A stretch of DNA of 64,000 nt from an uncultured Planctomycetaceae bacterium (GTDB taxonomy: Bacteria > Planctomycetota > Planctomycetia > Planctomycetales > Planctomycetaceae): NCBI GenBank assembly GCA_963815195.1, contig CAWFGE010000015.1, positions 704,001 to 768,000 on the forward strand, read 5' to 3'. The notes beneath the pieces were generated by a model that searched no databases, was not told where the DNA came from, and was given only the letters and a program-made list of their open reading frames with translations. The translations under genes were made by a program, and so were the position numbers. Shown here one piece after another: positions 1 to 9,764 of the stretch (positions are counted from its first letter, which is position 1; every line of letters starts with the position of its first letter).

Positions 1-342
1 CCAAGCTGAGATGGGGATCCGAACCGCCGCCGGCCACCGCGAACCGTGCCGGCCTTCGGATTCGCACCACGCTCCACAGACGCAAATCCACCGGGCCAGC
101 GGCAGAACCTCGAAGGCTGTCTGCACCTCTTCTGCCGCATATTCATCCCGCCAAAGCTGGCCGACAATCACCAGGTCGGGAAAAAAGCTTTCCGCCCGAA
201 TGCAGGCGATCAGGTCGGATAAGTCGGGAAACGTGCGAATCTCCCAACCGTCCAATTCGCGGGCCACCGCCTCGCGCACCGACCGCATTTCCGCCGCGTG
301 CATCTCCCCGACCACGGCACCCCGAAAAGACGATTCGTCCAT
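1..342 (-). CDS. Hypothetical protein, possibly a degenerate receiver-like fold; partial, runs off window start
   Basis: Manual translation from ATG at 342: MDESSFRGAVVGEMHAAEMR...FPDLVIVGQLWRDEY...LPLARWICVCGAWCESEGRHG. Open to position 1 and not in the ORF track. Confidence 0.6.
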   Translation of the reverse strand, partial: MDESSFRGAVVGEMHAAEMRSVREAVARELDGWEIRTFPDLSDLIACIRAESFFPDLVIVGQLWRDEYAAEEVQTAFEVLPLARWICVCGAWCESEGRHGSRWPAAVRIPISAW

Positions 343-394
343 GCGAACTCTTCAATGGAAGAAAACCATTCAACGAAATCCCGCGACAGAGACA

Positions 395-916
395 TCACGA
401 CACCCGGGGAGACAACTCCGCGAAGCGGTTGCAGAGATACCCCAAAATGTCCCGAATGGATATGATCCCGTGCGGTTTGCCGTCGCCATGAACGACCGGC
501 AGATGGCGGTAGCCTCCCAAATCCATCGTGTGCATCGCAAAGGCGATGGAATCCCCCAAGGTCACTGTCATGGGCGATTTGGTCATAAATTCCTGAACGG
601 GCCGATCCATCACCGCCGGGTTTTCCGAGATGCGGTTGAGCACGTCCCGCTCGGTGAAAATGCCGACGAGTTCCCCGCCATCTTCCACAAGCACACAGCC
701 GATGCCCCTCGCCACCAGGCCCTGGATGGCATCGCGGACGGTCGTCGCCGGGTTAATCGCGACGGGGACGTGAGGCTTCAGCGATTCAATCGTTTCGCGG
801 GTAATCGCTTGCTCGAGCTCGCTTTCGGAGTAATCCATGTCCACGAGCGGTTGCCCACAGGCCTCGCAGTGATCCATGCCATCGATATTGTCATGACCGC
901 AATCGGGACAGTGCAT
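395..916 (-). CDS. Zinc-ribbon + tandem CBS domain protein
   Basis: CPDC...CEAC zinc ribbon followed by a CBS pair (LVGIFTERDVL, RHLPVV, GIISIRDIL). Start trimmed to MHCPDC because the upstream ORF extension runs through a repeat. Confidence 0.85.
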   Translation of the reverse strand: MHCPDCGHDNIDGMDHCEACGQPLVDMDYSESELEQAITRETIESLKPHVPVAINPATTVRDAIQGLVARGIGCVLVEDGGELVGIFTERDVLNRISENPAVMDRPVQEFMTKSPMTVTLGDSIAFAMHTMDLGGYRHLPVVHGDGKPHGIISIRDILGYLCNRFAELSPRVS

Positions 917-1025
917 TTCCATCTCCCGGATTAAAACAGGACCGGTTCCCATGTCGAAACCACAAGCATTGTAGTTGATTTTCGCCCCGAAGGGGAGTGC
1001 TACAAAAGCCAACCCTGAACGGCGA

Positions 1026-1160
1026 GTGTGTCTCACGAAATTCGGTGGAAAATGACTGGACGTATTTTTCAAGTGGTTCTGGGTGGCACGCCCTGAGGCA
1101 CGAAGGGCGTGGTCTTTGAAATGGCCACGCCCTTCGCTGAGGCTCAGGGACGTGCCACCC
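1026..1160. repeat. Repeat family A copy 1: MITE-like shell with internal long hairpin (right end eroded)
   Basis: GTGTGTCTCACGAAA...GGTGGAAAATGACTGGACGTATTTTTCAAG then hairpin GGGTGGCACGCCCTGAG...CTCAGGGACGTGCCACCC. Near-identical to 61255-61421. Confidence 0.85.
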
Positions 1161-1174
1161 CGCACGGCCTCCCA

Positions 1175-2086
1175 TCAGGTGACGAAGATCCAGCGGCCCA
1201 AAGTTGTGGCCGGGATCAATAAGGCCGCCACCATCACCGCGGGCGTCACCTGTTCGGTTTTGATGAACACGAGCATGGCGTCGAGCATAATCAGCGAGAG
1301 AAGCATCACCCGAATCGCCCCTTGGACACGTTCCGGGCGGGGATCGCGAAGAGCCAGGACGGGCTGGCGATTGATGGCCAGCAGGATCGCCCCGAACCCC
1401 AGGCAAAGAGCGGTCTGATCGGGCCGGCCCGTCGTAAACTTCACCACCCAGCCCAGGAGCAGAAGCAAACCCGCGTTGGCGACGATCAAAGCGCCGAGCA
1501 GATGCCGGCGGTCGCTTTGGCGGGCTTCCTGCCGGGCAAACCAGGTGACGCCGGCGATGTAAATTCCCAACCCCGCCGCGATCCAGAGCTGCGGGCTTTG
1601 GAGCGGGCTCACACCCCACACCTGAAACGCCCGCTCGAGCGAACTGGCTCCCAAGATGACATTCAAAAATCGGCACCCGCCCATCACCACCGGCCCGAGC
1701 ACCGTCTTCTTCGCCCAGCCGTCGTAAGCCAGAATGAAGGCCGACAACAGCAGCGCGACAAAGAGGCTGTTGACGCCCACGGTGCTTGCCGCTCCGATCC
1801 CGGCGAGCATCAACATCGCCCCCAGTGCCGCCGCGGCTTGGACCGAAATCCGCCCCGAAGGAATCGGCCGCTCCGGCCGTTCCTGGGCATCGATCCCGCG
1901 GTCGAACACATCGTTAAATATCATCCCCGCCAAGTACAGGCAGGACGATGCCAGCACCAACAATCCCAAGTCCCACGGGGCTTCCGCGAAGCTCACACGG
2001 TTCAACGTAAACCCCAGAAACACATCCGCCATCGCGGTAAACACCGCCGGAAACCGCATCAATTGCAAATACGCGCGAACAGACAT
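1175..2086 (-). CDS. UbiA prenyltransferase family membrane protein (EboC-like)
   Basis: NDVFDRGIDAQERPERPIPSG Asp-rich UbiA motif, YDGWAK, MGGCRFLNV and multiple TM helices. Confidence 0.85.
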   Translation of the reverse strand: MSVRAYLQLMRFPAVFTAMADVFLGFTLNRVSFAEAPWDLGLLVLASSCLYLAGMIFNDVFDRGIDAQERPERPIPSGRISVQAAAALGAMLMLAGIGAASTVGVNSLFVALLLSAFILAYDGWAKKTVLGPVVMGGCRFLNVILGASSLERAFQVWGVSPLQSPQLWIAAGLGIYIAGVTWFARQEARQSDRRHLLGALIVANAGLLLLLGWVVKFTTGRPDQTALCLGFGAILLAINRQPVLALRDPRPERVQGAIRVMLLSLIMLDAMLVFIKTEQVTPAVMVAALLIPATTLGRWIFVT

Positions 2087-2091
2087 GAGCC

Positions 2092-2349
2092 ACCACGAAA
2101 CACACGAAAAATAGACAAGCGAAGAGGGAGGATCGAAAAAAACCAGCGCTTTTGTTGGGCCACTTTATGATCCGGCGGAGAAAGGCGGGAACCACGAATG
2201 ACACGAATCACACAAATGTGTGGAGGTCGCGAATAAACAGCGTCCCCAGCAACAAGAAGAGGGACCACGAAATACACGAAAAAAAAGATTGAATGACTCC
2301 TTCCGATTGAATCTCCAAACATTCGTGTGATTCGTGTCATTCGTGGTTT
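2092..2349. repeat. Cluster of CCACGAAxxxCACGAA short repeats (family C) with an inverted partner
   Basis: CCACGAAACACACGAAA (2093), ACCACGAATGACACGAATCACAC (2191), CCACGAAATACACGAAA (2265) and inverted GTGTGATTCGTGTCATTCGTGGT (~2325-2348). Confidence 0.75.
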
Positions 2350-2384
2350 CCGACGGGGTGGCTGGGCGCAAAGGAATGTTCCAA

Positions 2385-2447
2385 GGAAAAAGGAGATTTG
2401 AGGCCTGGGGCCGTGTGAGATTTTTCTCGCCGGGCCACAGCCCCAGC
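2385..2447 (+). repeat. Repeat family F; second copy inverted at 33083-33145
   Basis: AAAAAGGAGATTTGAGGCCTGGGGCCGTGTGAG...GGCCACAGCCCCAGC matches the reverse complement of 33083-33145. Confidence 0.75.
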
Positions 2448-2532
2448 TTTCGCAGTTCAAACCTTATTCCAAGGGGGATTTGCGCCCCAGCCACCCAGAC
2501 GCTTACAGTTTGAGAAACATGAAACGTGTAAC

Positions 2533-4356
2533 TCAAAACTGGGCGTCGATCCACGATTGCAGGCCGGCTTTGACGCTCGCCGTCGCCGTGGCGGCTTGCT
2601 GTTTGATCTCGGGGAGTTTTTCCAGCGAGTCCGCGGGCGACTGGGTGAAAAGATAAAACTTGATCTTCGGCTCCGTTCCCGACGGGCGGACGGCGATTTT
2701 GAATCGGCAGCCCGCGGCGGACGCCTCGAAAATCAACAGGTTGCTGACCGGCTCCGGCAGGTCGGCGACCTGTTGATTGGAAGGCAATTCGCGGACTTCG
2801 TTCACGCCCTTTGCATAATCGCGAACCCGCGTGAGCCGGCCTTCGCCCCAGGTCTCCGGCGGCGTCCTGCGGAAGGCGTTCAACAGGGCGAGCATCTGCT
2901 CTTTGCCCGTCGCACCCTTGCAGGCGTGGGAGATCTGCCCTTCCCAATAGTAGGCCCCTTGTTCCACGTAGAGTTCATCGAGCCGATCCAACAGCGTTTT
3001 GCCCTCGGCCTTTAATTCCGCGGCCAACTCGGCGGCATAGAGCGCGGCGACGCCGGCATCTTTGTCCCGGCAATACTCGCCGGCGAGATAGCCCAGCGAC
3101 TCCTCCGCCCCGAACAGAAATCTCTCCGGCCCTTCCCGCTCCATTGTCTGGGCAATGTATTTGAAGCCCACGAGCAAATCGCTGATGACCCGCACGCCGT
3201 GCGACTTCGCGATCGCTTCGATCAACGGCGTGGTCACGAGCGTTTCGACGACATAGCCGCCCGCGGGAATCGTCCCGGCCGCCGATCGCTTGCGGAGCAC
3301 ATAATCCACCAACAGCGCGCCGACCTGGTTGCCTGTCAGCGGGATAAACTCGCCGGCCCCGTTTTTCACAACGACGCCCAAGCGGTCGGCATCGGGGTCC
3401 GAGGCGAGAATGATTTCTTCCCCCGTTTGCTTCGCCTGCTCGATCGCGGGGTTGAAGACCTCCGCGCGTTCGGGGTTGGGCAGATGATCGGGCACGTTGG
3501 GGAAATTGCCGTCGGGCGTTGATTGCGGCTCGAACATGGAAATCCCCGCAAAGCCCGCCCGCCTTAGCACTGGAAACACCGAAGTCCCGCCCACGCCATG
3601 CAGCGGCGTGAACAGGCCTTTGATCTCGCGCTGGCCGGAGAGGCTCTGTGCCAAGATCGCCTCAAAGAAGGGCTCGTCCACGGACGTCCCGACGATCTCG
3701 ATTTGCCCCGCTTGGAGGGCCTCGTCGAGATTCGCGCGGGGGATTTCGCCGGAGTCGTAAACGCATTGGATGATGCCCTCGTCGTGCGGGGGCAGAACCT
3801 GTCCGCCGTGGCTCCAATAGGCTTTGAATCCGTTGTCGGCGGGCGGGTTGTGGGAGGCGGAAACCACCACCCCGATGTCGCAGCCGAGGTGCCGGACGGC
3901 GAACGACAATTCCGGCGTCGAGCGGTGCGCATCGAACAGGTACACCTTGAGGCCCCGCGCGGCGAAAATGCACGCCGCGAGCTCGGCGAACTCGCGGGAG
4001 CGGTTGCGGGTGTCGTGGGCGATGACCGCCGAGCCGCCCCCGCGGCCGCGGGTCTTTTGGAGATAGCGGGCCATGCCGTCGGCGGATTCCGCGATCGTCC
4101 GCTCGTTGATCGTGGCCGACCCGAACTCGGACATCATCCCCCGCCGGCCGCCGGTGCCGAAGGGAATCACCTCCCAAAACAACAGGTCGAGTTCCTCGAA
4201 TGCCCCATCTTTCACCATGTCCGCCAGCCGGCCCTGGTAGGCCTGGTACTGAGGCTCCGTGAGCCAGCGGGTCAGGTTTTCGCCGGCGGATTCGGAAAGC
4301 GTTTTGGCTTGGACGGCGGTTCGGACGAGTTCAACGGCATCGGAGGCGCCGGTCAT
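2533..4356 (-). CDS. pgm: Phosphoglucomutase/phosphomannomutase (alpha-D-phosphohexomutase)
   Basis: FGTGGRRG, catalytic SASHNP, metal-binding DPDADR, GAEES and RPSGTEPKIKFY. Start taken at MTGASDA. Confidence 0.92.
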   Translation of the reverse strand: MTGASDAVELVRTAVQAKTLSESAGENLTRWLTEPQYQAYQGRLADMVKDGAFEELDLLFWEVIPFGTGGRRGMMSEFGSATINERTIAESADGMARYLQKTRGRGGGSAVIAHDTRNRSREFAELAACIFAARGLKVYLFDAHRSTPELSFAVRHLGCDIGVVVSASHNPPADNGFKAYWSHGGQVLPPHDEGIIQCVYDSGEIPRANLDEALQAGQIEIVGTSVDEPFFEAILAQSLSGQREIKGLFTPLHGVGGTSVFPVLRRAGFAGISMFEPQSTPDGNFPNVPDHLPNPERAEVFNPAIEQAKQTGEEIILASDPDADRLGVVVKNGAGEFIPLTGNQVGALLVDYVLRKRSAAGTIPAGGYVVETLVTTPLIEAIAKSHGVRVISDLLVGFKYIAQTMEREGPERFLFGAEESLGYLAGEYCRDKDAGVAALYAAELAAELKAEGKTLLDRLDELYVEQGAYYWEGQISHACKGATGKEQMLALLNAFRRTPPETWGEGRLTRVRDYAKGVNEVRELPSNQQVADLPEPVSNLLIFEASAAGCRFKIAVRPSGTEPKIKFYLFTQSPADSLEKLPEIKQQAATATASVKAGLQSWIDAQF

Positions 4357-4476
4357 CGGAAAAATCCTTGCTGCGTAACGGAGAACTGGGTTTCGATCGA
4401 CTGGGCGCACTATAGCAAATCGAAACGCATTGTTCCCGTCCGGGTTTTCCCCTTCGCGAAGCGGTTGTGATTTTTT

Positions 4477-4533
4477 CCGTCGCGGCGGCTTCCAGCCGCC
4501 GACACGACAACGGCGGCAAGATGCCGCCGTTAC
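4477..4533. repeat. Short REP-like double hairpin
   Basis: GCGGCGGCTTCCAGCCGCC and CGGCGGCAAGATGCCGCCG palindromes at the 3' end of the SGNH gene. Confidence 0.55.
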
Positions 4534-5630
4534 GGGTCCTGCCGTCCTTCTTCCTCGAGCAAAAACGGCAAGATGGCCTGGGCGGCGAGTTCGTGGGCGC
4601 GGGCGTTGGGGTGGGCGTCGAAGAGGCTCACCGTGAGGTTTTCGTCCGCGTGCTCGCTCAATATCGAATGCAAATCGAGCACCGGGATGTTCTGCTCTTC
4701 GCAAAATGTCCGCACAACTTTTCGCGCCTGATCGAACGGCGACGCTTGATCCAGGTTTTGCAGGAACGGAAAAATCACGACCTCGAGCTTGATCTTCCGC
4801 GATTTGCAAAACCCGGCGAAGACTTCAAGCTGTGCCCGCATTTTTTGCCAAGGCGCGCCGCGGTAGTAATCCGCCAGAAACCCGTAATAATCCCGCGCCC
4901 CCGGCACACTCGCCAGCCGGATGCGGTAATAAAGCAGATTGAAAAAATACGTATCCCGAAACAGCGGGAACTGCGGTTTCACATCCGCGAGTTCGTGCAT
5001 CAGCTTCATGAAGTCGGGATGATAGACCTCGATGTCGTTCGGGCAAAACACATACACCAGCGTGTCAATGCGGATCTGCTCGTCGGCCATTTTCCGCACG
5101 AGGGCCTCGTCCCAATCCAGATCGGTCCCCGAGTCGGCCAGATTCGTGACGAGATATTCTCCCGGAAAGTCGGTTTCGAGTTTCGCGCGGATGCGGTTGG
5201 TGAAGCGGTCGGAGACATCCGCGACGCCGTGCCCGAAGGTGAAGCTGTCGCCGATAAAGCAAATATGCCGGCGGTCTTGGGGAACGGGCCGCGGGAACAC
5301 CTGGTCGTCGCGGTACTTGATCCCTTCGCTGCCGAGCCTTAGCGCGTGCTGCTCGGGCTCCACATGCCGGCGGAACCAGACCTTGGAGACGTTCGACATG
5401 TTGAACGAATCCGTTCCATCAAAGAACAAGGCGAAGTACAACTCCACCCCGGTGAGCAGCGACAGAAGCAGCCACACGGACAACAGCAGATTGGCGAGCG
5501 CGGGTTTTCGCCCCAATCGGCGAACCCGTCGCCGCCATTTCAACAATCCCCAAAACGCGATGCACCCCGCCAAGAGCCACAGGCTCATGCCGATGAGATA
5601 CGCATCGGAAAGGGCAAACAACCAGGCCAT
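4530..5630 (-). CDS. Membrane-anchored SGNH/GDSL hydrolase family protein
   Basis: Two N-terminal TM helices, IGDSFTFG (block I), PND and DAHPN (block V). Confidence 0.85.
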   Translation of the reverse strand: MAWLFALSDAYLIGMSLWLLAGCIAFWGLLKWRRRVRRLGRKPALANLLLSVWLLLSLLTGVELYFALFFDGTDSFNMSNVSKVWFRRHVEPEQHALRLGSEGIKYRDDQVFPRPVPQDRRHICFIGDSFTFGHGVADVSDRFTNRIRAKLETDFPGEYLVTNLADSGTDLDWDEALVRKMADEQIRIDTLVYVFCPNDIEVYHPDFMKLMHELADVKPQFPLFRDTYFFNLLYYRIRLASVPGARDYYGFLADYYRGAPWQKMRAQLEVFAGFCKSRKIKLEVVIFPFLQNLDQASPFDQARKVVRTFCEEQNIPVLDLHSILSEHADENLTVSLFDAHPNARAHELAAQAILPFLLEEEGRQDP

Positions 5631-5756
5631 GTTAAAACTTCGACAAACGATCAATCCGCAAAGATCTCCCACCGGATCATAGCAGGTCGATCGCGGCGAA
5701 GGAAAACCGGCACCGGCGGGGGACGTCAAAAAGGGTGCATTCCGACGCGTGGGGTT

Positions 5757-6569
5757 TCAAATGAAGGTTTTTGTTCCGACAAAGATCGCAACCGCCACGA
5801 TGCCGACCGCGAAGACTTTTTGCAATAGGGGGGCCCGTAGCCGTTTGCCGAGCCACGTCCCCAAGAACATGCCGAGCACTCCGCCTGCGACGAACAACCC
5901 GGTGACGACGAGAGGAATCCCCCGGCCCGCCACGAAATGCGAGGAAACGCCGGAGATGCTCACCAGCACAATCACCAACAACGACGTGGCAATGGCCCGG
6001 CGAATCGGCATGCCGCTGAACAGCACCAGCGCGGGCACAATCACAAACCCGCCGCCCACGCCAAACAAGCCCGACAAGACGCCCGTGGCGAGACCCACAA
6101 CGGCTAAAATCGCGGCACAGCGAGAGGTCAAATGCAATTCGCCGGCTTCCGAACGCCGGCAGGCGCGGCCCGGCTCTTCGGTCTCGCAAAGGCCTCCGGG
6201 CAATTCTTGACGGTCCGCTTTCCACCACATTTGCCCCGCCACAACCAGCATCAAGACCGCGAACATCATCAACAACAGGGATTCGGAAATCCAACTCCCC
6301 ATCCAAGTGCCCAACGGAGCGCCGGCCATTCCAGCGACCGCAAACAAGACGCCCGTGCCAAATTCCACTTGCCGCGTTCGCAGTCGCGCGAGAACGCCCG
6401 CCAACGCCATGGCCCCCACCGCCGCCAGCGAAATCCCAAAAGCCTCGCGGGGATCGATCGACAACCCGTAAACCAACAGCGGCACCGCAAGCAGCGACCC
6501 TCCGCCGCCGGTCAGCCCCAGCGCAAATCCGACCGCCGCTCCGAAGAGAATGCTTAAGATGTCCACCAT
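5757..6569 (-). CDS. Sulfite exporter TauE/SafE (TSUP) family protein
   Basis: Duplicated GLTGGGG / GLFGVGGG motifs, AIATSL and about 8 TM helices. Confidence 0.9.
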   Translation of the reverse strand: MVDILSILFGAAVGFALGLTGGGGSLLAVPLLVYGLSIDPREAFGISLAAVGAMALAGVLARLRTRQVEFGTGVLFAVAGMAGAPLGTWMGSWISESLLLMMFAVLMLVVAGQMWWKADRQELPGGLCETEEPGRACRRSEAGELHLTSRCAAILAVVGLATGVLSGLFGVGGGFVIVPALVLFSGMPIRRAIATSLLVIVLVSISGVSSHFVAGRGIPLVVTGLFVAGGVLGMFLGTWLGKRLRAPLLQKVFAVGIVAVAIFVGTKTFI

Positions 6570-6616
6570 GAGCAGAGCCTTGCGGGTTTTCGTTTTGAAC
6601 GTCGTCGGGTGAGTTC

Positions 6617-6658
6617 TTTACAACAATATATCGCAACATCACGAAATGTCAATGTAAA
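6617..6658 (-). promoter_or_regulatory. Putative sigma70-type promoter of the TSUP gene with overlapping imperfect dyad
   Basis: Minus strand TTGACA (6652-6647), 16 nt, TATATT (6630-6625). AT-rich patch flanked by TTTACA/TGTAAA. Confidence 0.55.
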
Positions 6659-6704
6659 TTCCGGGAGAAGTGCGGGTGGTAGCGAAAACGCCCGCGGCCG
6701 AGGC

Positions 6705-8833
6705 TCACCGGCCGTTGCGGTTGAGTTTCGCGGCGTCCGGTTCGGCAAGGGCGCGGTCGAAGATCGCCGCTTCGTCAAGCCGGCCTTCCCAGTTGGCGTG
6801 GTTGTCGCTGCGGCCGCCGAGGAAGACGGTCTCAGACCCCGCGGGAAAATCGGCGGGCGTTTGGGCTTCGATCTCCAATCGGCCGTTGAGATACACCCGC
6901 ACGTTTTCGCCGTCGCGGACGAAGACGACGTGCTGCCAATCCCAGCGGGGGACGACGGTTTTGCCCGCAAGGATGGTTTTCGGATCGTCGCCGTGGAAGA
7001 AAATCAATTGCCCGGCGTGGCCGCTTTTGCCGCCAATGCCCAGATGATCGGACCACAGGCCGAGGCCGTTGTTCGTGCCCCGCGAGAAGAACCAGCCGCT
7101 CTCGTCCCGCCCGTCGTTGGGCATGCCGTTCCAGAGCCAGAGCGAAACGGAATACGCATCGCCCAGCTTCGGCACCCGGCCTTCGACGCGTCCGCCCACG
7201 AACATCGCGGCCCGGTTCGTTTCCTTCCCTTTGCAAAACTGATCGGAGCGCGGGCCTTCCAGAGAATAGGTCACATCGGGTTCGTAGATCCCGTCGCAGT
7301 GCCGGCCGCTGGAATCGATCGCGCGGGGCCGGCGAACTCATCCAGCCGCCACCACGCCGCGGGTTTAAGTGATGCGATCGCGTCGGCGGCGGGGCCTTGG
7401 CTCTGGCGGTATTCGCGGCGGGGTTGGCCTGAGATTTTTTCCAAAAGCTCGATGCATGCCTCGGCGATCTTCGGCTCGGCGGTGACTTCCAAACCGGCCG
7501 ACCGCGCCGCCCAGGTATTGTAGCCGCCGAAGCGGTGCTGCTCGGGCGGCGGGATGTAGCCGTCGCCTCCGTTGGCCAACTCGATGACGACATTGTGTTT
7601 GAGCGGACTGGCGGCTTTAATTTTGAGGCCCGTGATCGCATAGGTTTCCGTGGGCGTGGTGGCGATGCCGATGTCGCCGATCCGCAGCCCCTGCACGACG
7701 ATCTCGGTCTCTTGCCGTTCGTCGAGAAACAACTGCTCGCGGGCGTAAACTTCGGTCTGGGACTTGGGCAGGCGGTCGCCCATTGCCTCGACGATTCGCT
7801 TCGCCCATTCGAGCCGCTGTTGGTCGGGCACGCGGTATTTCAGCGTCATCCGTCTTTCCGCCATCGCGAGGTCCGCGTCTTCGCGGTACTCGATGCCTTG
7901 ATAAATCCGCATCGCCACGTCCAACAGGCCTTCGGTGTATTCCTCAATCGTGAGGTTCGGATTCCAGCTTTCGGGCTTCGTATAATCCCTGCGCCAGATG
8001 TCGCCGCTGCAACCGTGCGAGAGGAGGCCGACGAAGTGGCTGTCCGGGGCGATGCGTTGTTTGAGGCCTTCCGAGAAGCGGCCGAAGTAATCCGCGCTGA
8101 TGTCGCGGTCGCTGAAGTAGTGCATCGAAAAATTCCCCAGCACCGCGATCGGCCGGCCGTCCGCAGATTGAATCGAAACCAGCGACAGGTCCGGATCCTC
8201 GGGGCCGGATTCGCCGGTGACATCGTCCCACACGCGGCCGGCGTGCATCGACGCCCGCACCGTGCGGTTGCCGAAGGGATCTTCGGCGATCCGGTCGGGC
8301 CGGCGAATCCAGCGCTCGAGCGCGGTGAACTCCGCCGCGTTCCCTTTGCCGAAACCGACTCTCGCGGGCTCCAATTTGGAAACCGCCGACGCGATCGCAT
8401 CCACGAGCTTCAGCTTGAGCAGCGGGACGTATTCGGGATCGGCATTCGTGCCGAGCGCTCCCATGCAGGACGGCGCGGAGTGGGCATGGGTCGCCGAGAT
8501 CAAAATGCGATCGGCGGGAATCCCCGTGCGTTTGGAGGCGAGGGCCTTGGCTTCATCGAGCAGCGGCCGGGGCATCATGCAGCTATCGACGACGACGATC
8601 GCCAGTTGCGTCTTGCCGTCGGACAGCGCCAAAGCCCGCGCGTGGACCCGCGTATTGATCTTGCCGATGCTCCGGCTGAGCATCCCGCCGTTGACGAGTA
8701 CCGGGAGCTTGGTCGGCGTGACATCCACGACCGCCGCGCCCGCCTGGAACTCCGCCAACACCGGCCGGCTCGACCCTGCAAGCGCCAAGACCACTCCGAA
8801 CAAAAGTCTTCGCGAAAAAAAGCACGATGTCAC
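6705..8833 (-). CDS. Secreted neutral/alkaline ceramidase-like hydrolase with C-terminal LamG-like domain (one apparent frameshift ~7326)
   Basis: Signal peptide, ISATHAHSAP, HGCSGD and ELANGGDGYIPP. The C-terminal ORF 6705-7274 has WQHVVFVRDG...VYLNG...LDEAAIFDRAL (LamG). The frames join at the GGCCCC run. Confidence 0.75.
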
Positions 8834-8952
8834 GGCTTTCCCTCCAGATTCAAAATGCAAACCAGGCAATGCGGAAATCCCTTCGAGTATAATCCCGAAC
8901 CGCCCGCATGACGATGAACCGCGCACGATCCGCTCAGAGCATGCTTGAAAAT

Positions 8953-8980
8953 CTGAGCGGTCGGCGCTAGCCTCACGTTT
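8953..8980. repeat. Repeat family G partial copy (TGAGCGGTCGGCGCTAGCC)
   Basis: Matches 48623-48712 and the reverse complement of 26032-26112. Confidence 0.5.
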
Positions 8981-9002
8981 CGATGGGCTTCGATGAAAGG
9001 AT

Positions 9003-9497
9003 TTATTCGGACCGCGTGTTGTACTCCACATCAATCGCCACCAAGAGCAACACCGCGAAGGCATAGACCAACAGCGCCACCGTCGCTCCACCGACCAGGA
9101 TCCCAAAGCAGTTGTAAACGACGTACCGCCTCAAGGGGCCGGCTTCGGTTTTCATCACGATTTGCCCCATCTCCGCCAGCATCACGAAAGTTATTAAACC
9201 GATCAGCGCGGAGAAGATTTTCAAGATGAGCGAAAGCGTGCGGAGTTCCTCGTGCCGCCGGCGTTTTACGGGACGCGACGGGGCGGCGGAAACGGGAAGT
9301 CCGGGATCCGATGCCATGCGGTAATCCGCGAACTCCATTTCCGGTTCGGGGGCGGCACGCGTCAGCGGCGGCGGAACCCGCGGCCCGGCGGCCGACTTTT
9401 GACACTGGGGACACAACTTCGGGCGGGGTTTGTCGTCCGGCACCGCAAACTTCCGGCGACATCCCGGACACTCCCATTCCACGCGCTCGACGGCCAT
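9003..9497 (-). CDS. Zinc-ribbon membrane protein (hypothetical)
   Basis: CPGC...CPQC, Pro-rich linker and two C-terminal TM helices. Start MAVERVEW. Confidence 0.75.
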   Translation of the reverse strand: MAVERVEWECPGCRRKFAVPDDKPRPKLCPQCQKSAAGPRVPPPLTRAAPEPEMEFADYRMASDPGLPVSAAPSRPVKRRRHEELRTLSLILKIFSALIGLITFVMLAEMGQIVMKTEAGPLRRYVVYNCFGILVGGATVALLVYAFAVLLLVAIDVEYNTRSE

Positions 9498-9764
9498 AAC
9501 AATTTGCCACTTCCAAAAAGGCGAATAAAAACCGATCACAAACAACTCCCTATTTAACGGAAAGCGATCGCCCATGCCAAGAAAATCGAGCGAATGTTCC
9601 ATCGCCGGCCGCAGCGTTCGCCATGCCGGTGGATTCGCGGCAGCCGGTTTTCTTTGGCTTCCAACATTTGACTGAAAACCTAAGGGACTGAGATAGTATG
9701 GAGTGTACGGTTTCTCTTGTGTTTGCTGCTGTGATCGATGTGCTGACCGAATCCGATCGACTCG

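Noticed and set aside
1175..2086. ebo gene cluster
   Set aside because: Only the UbiA/EboC-like gene is present; no other ebo genes are adjacent.
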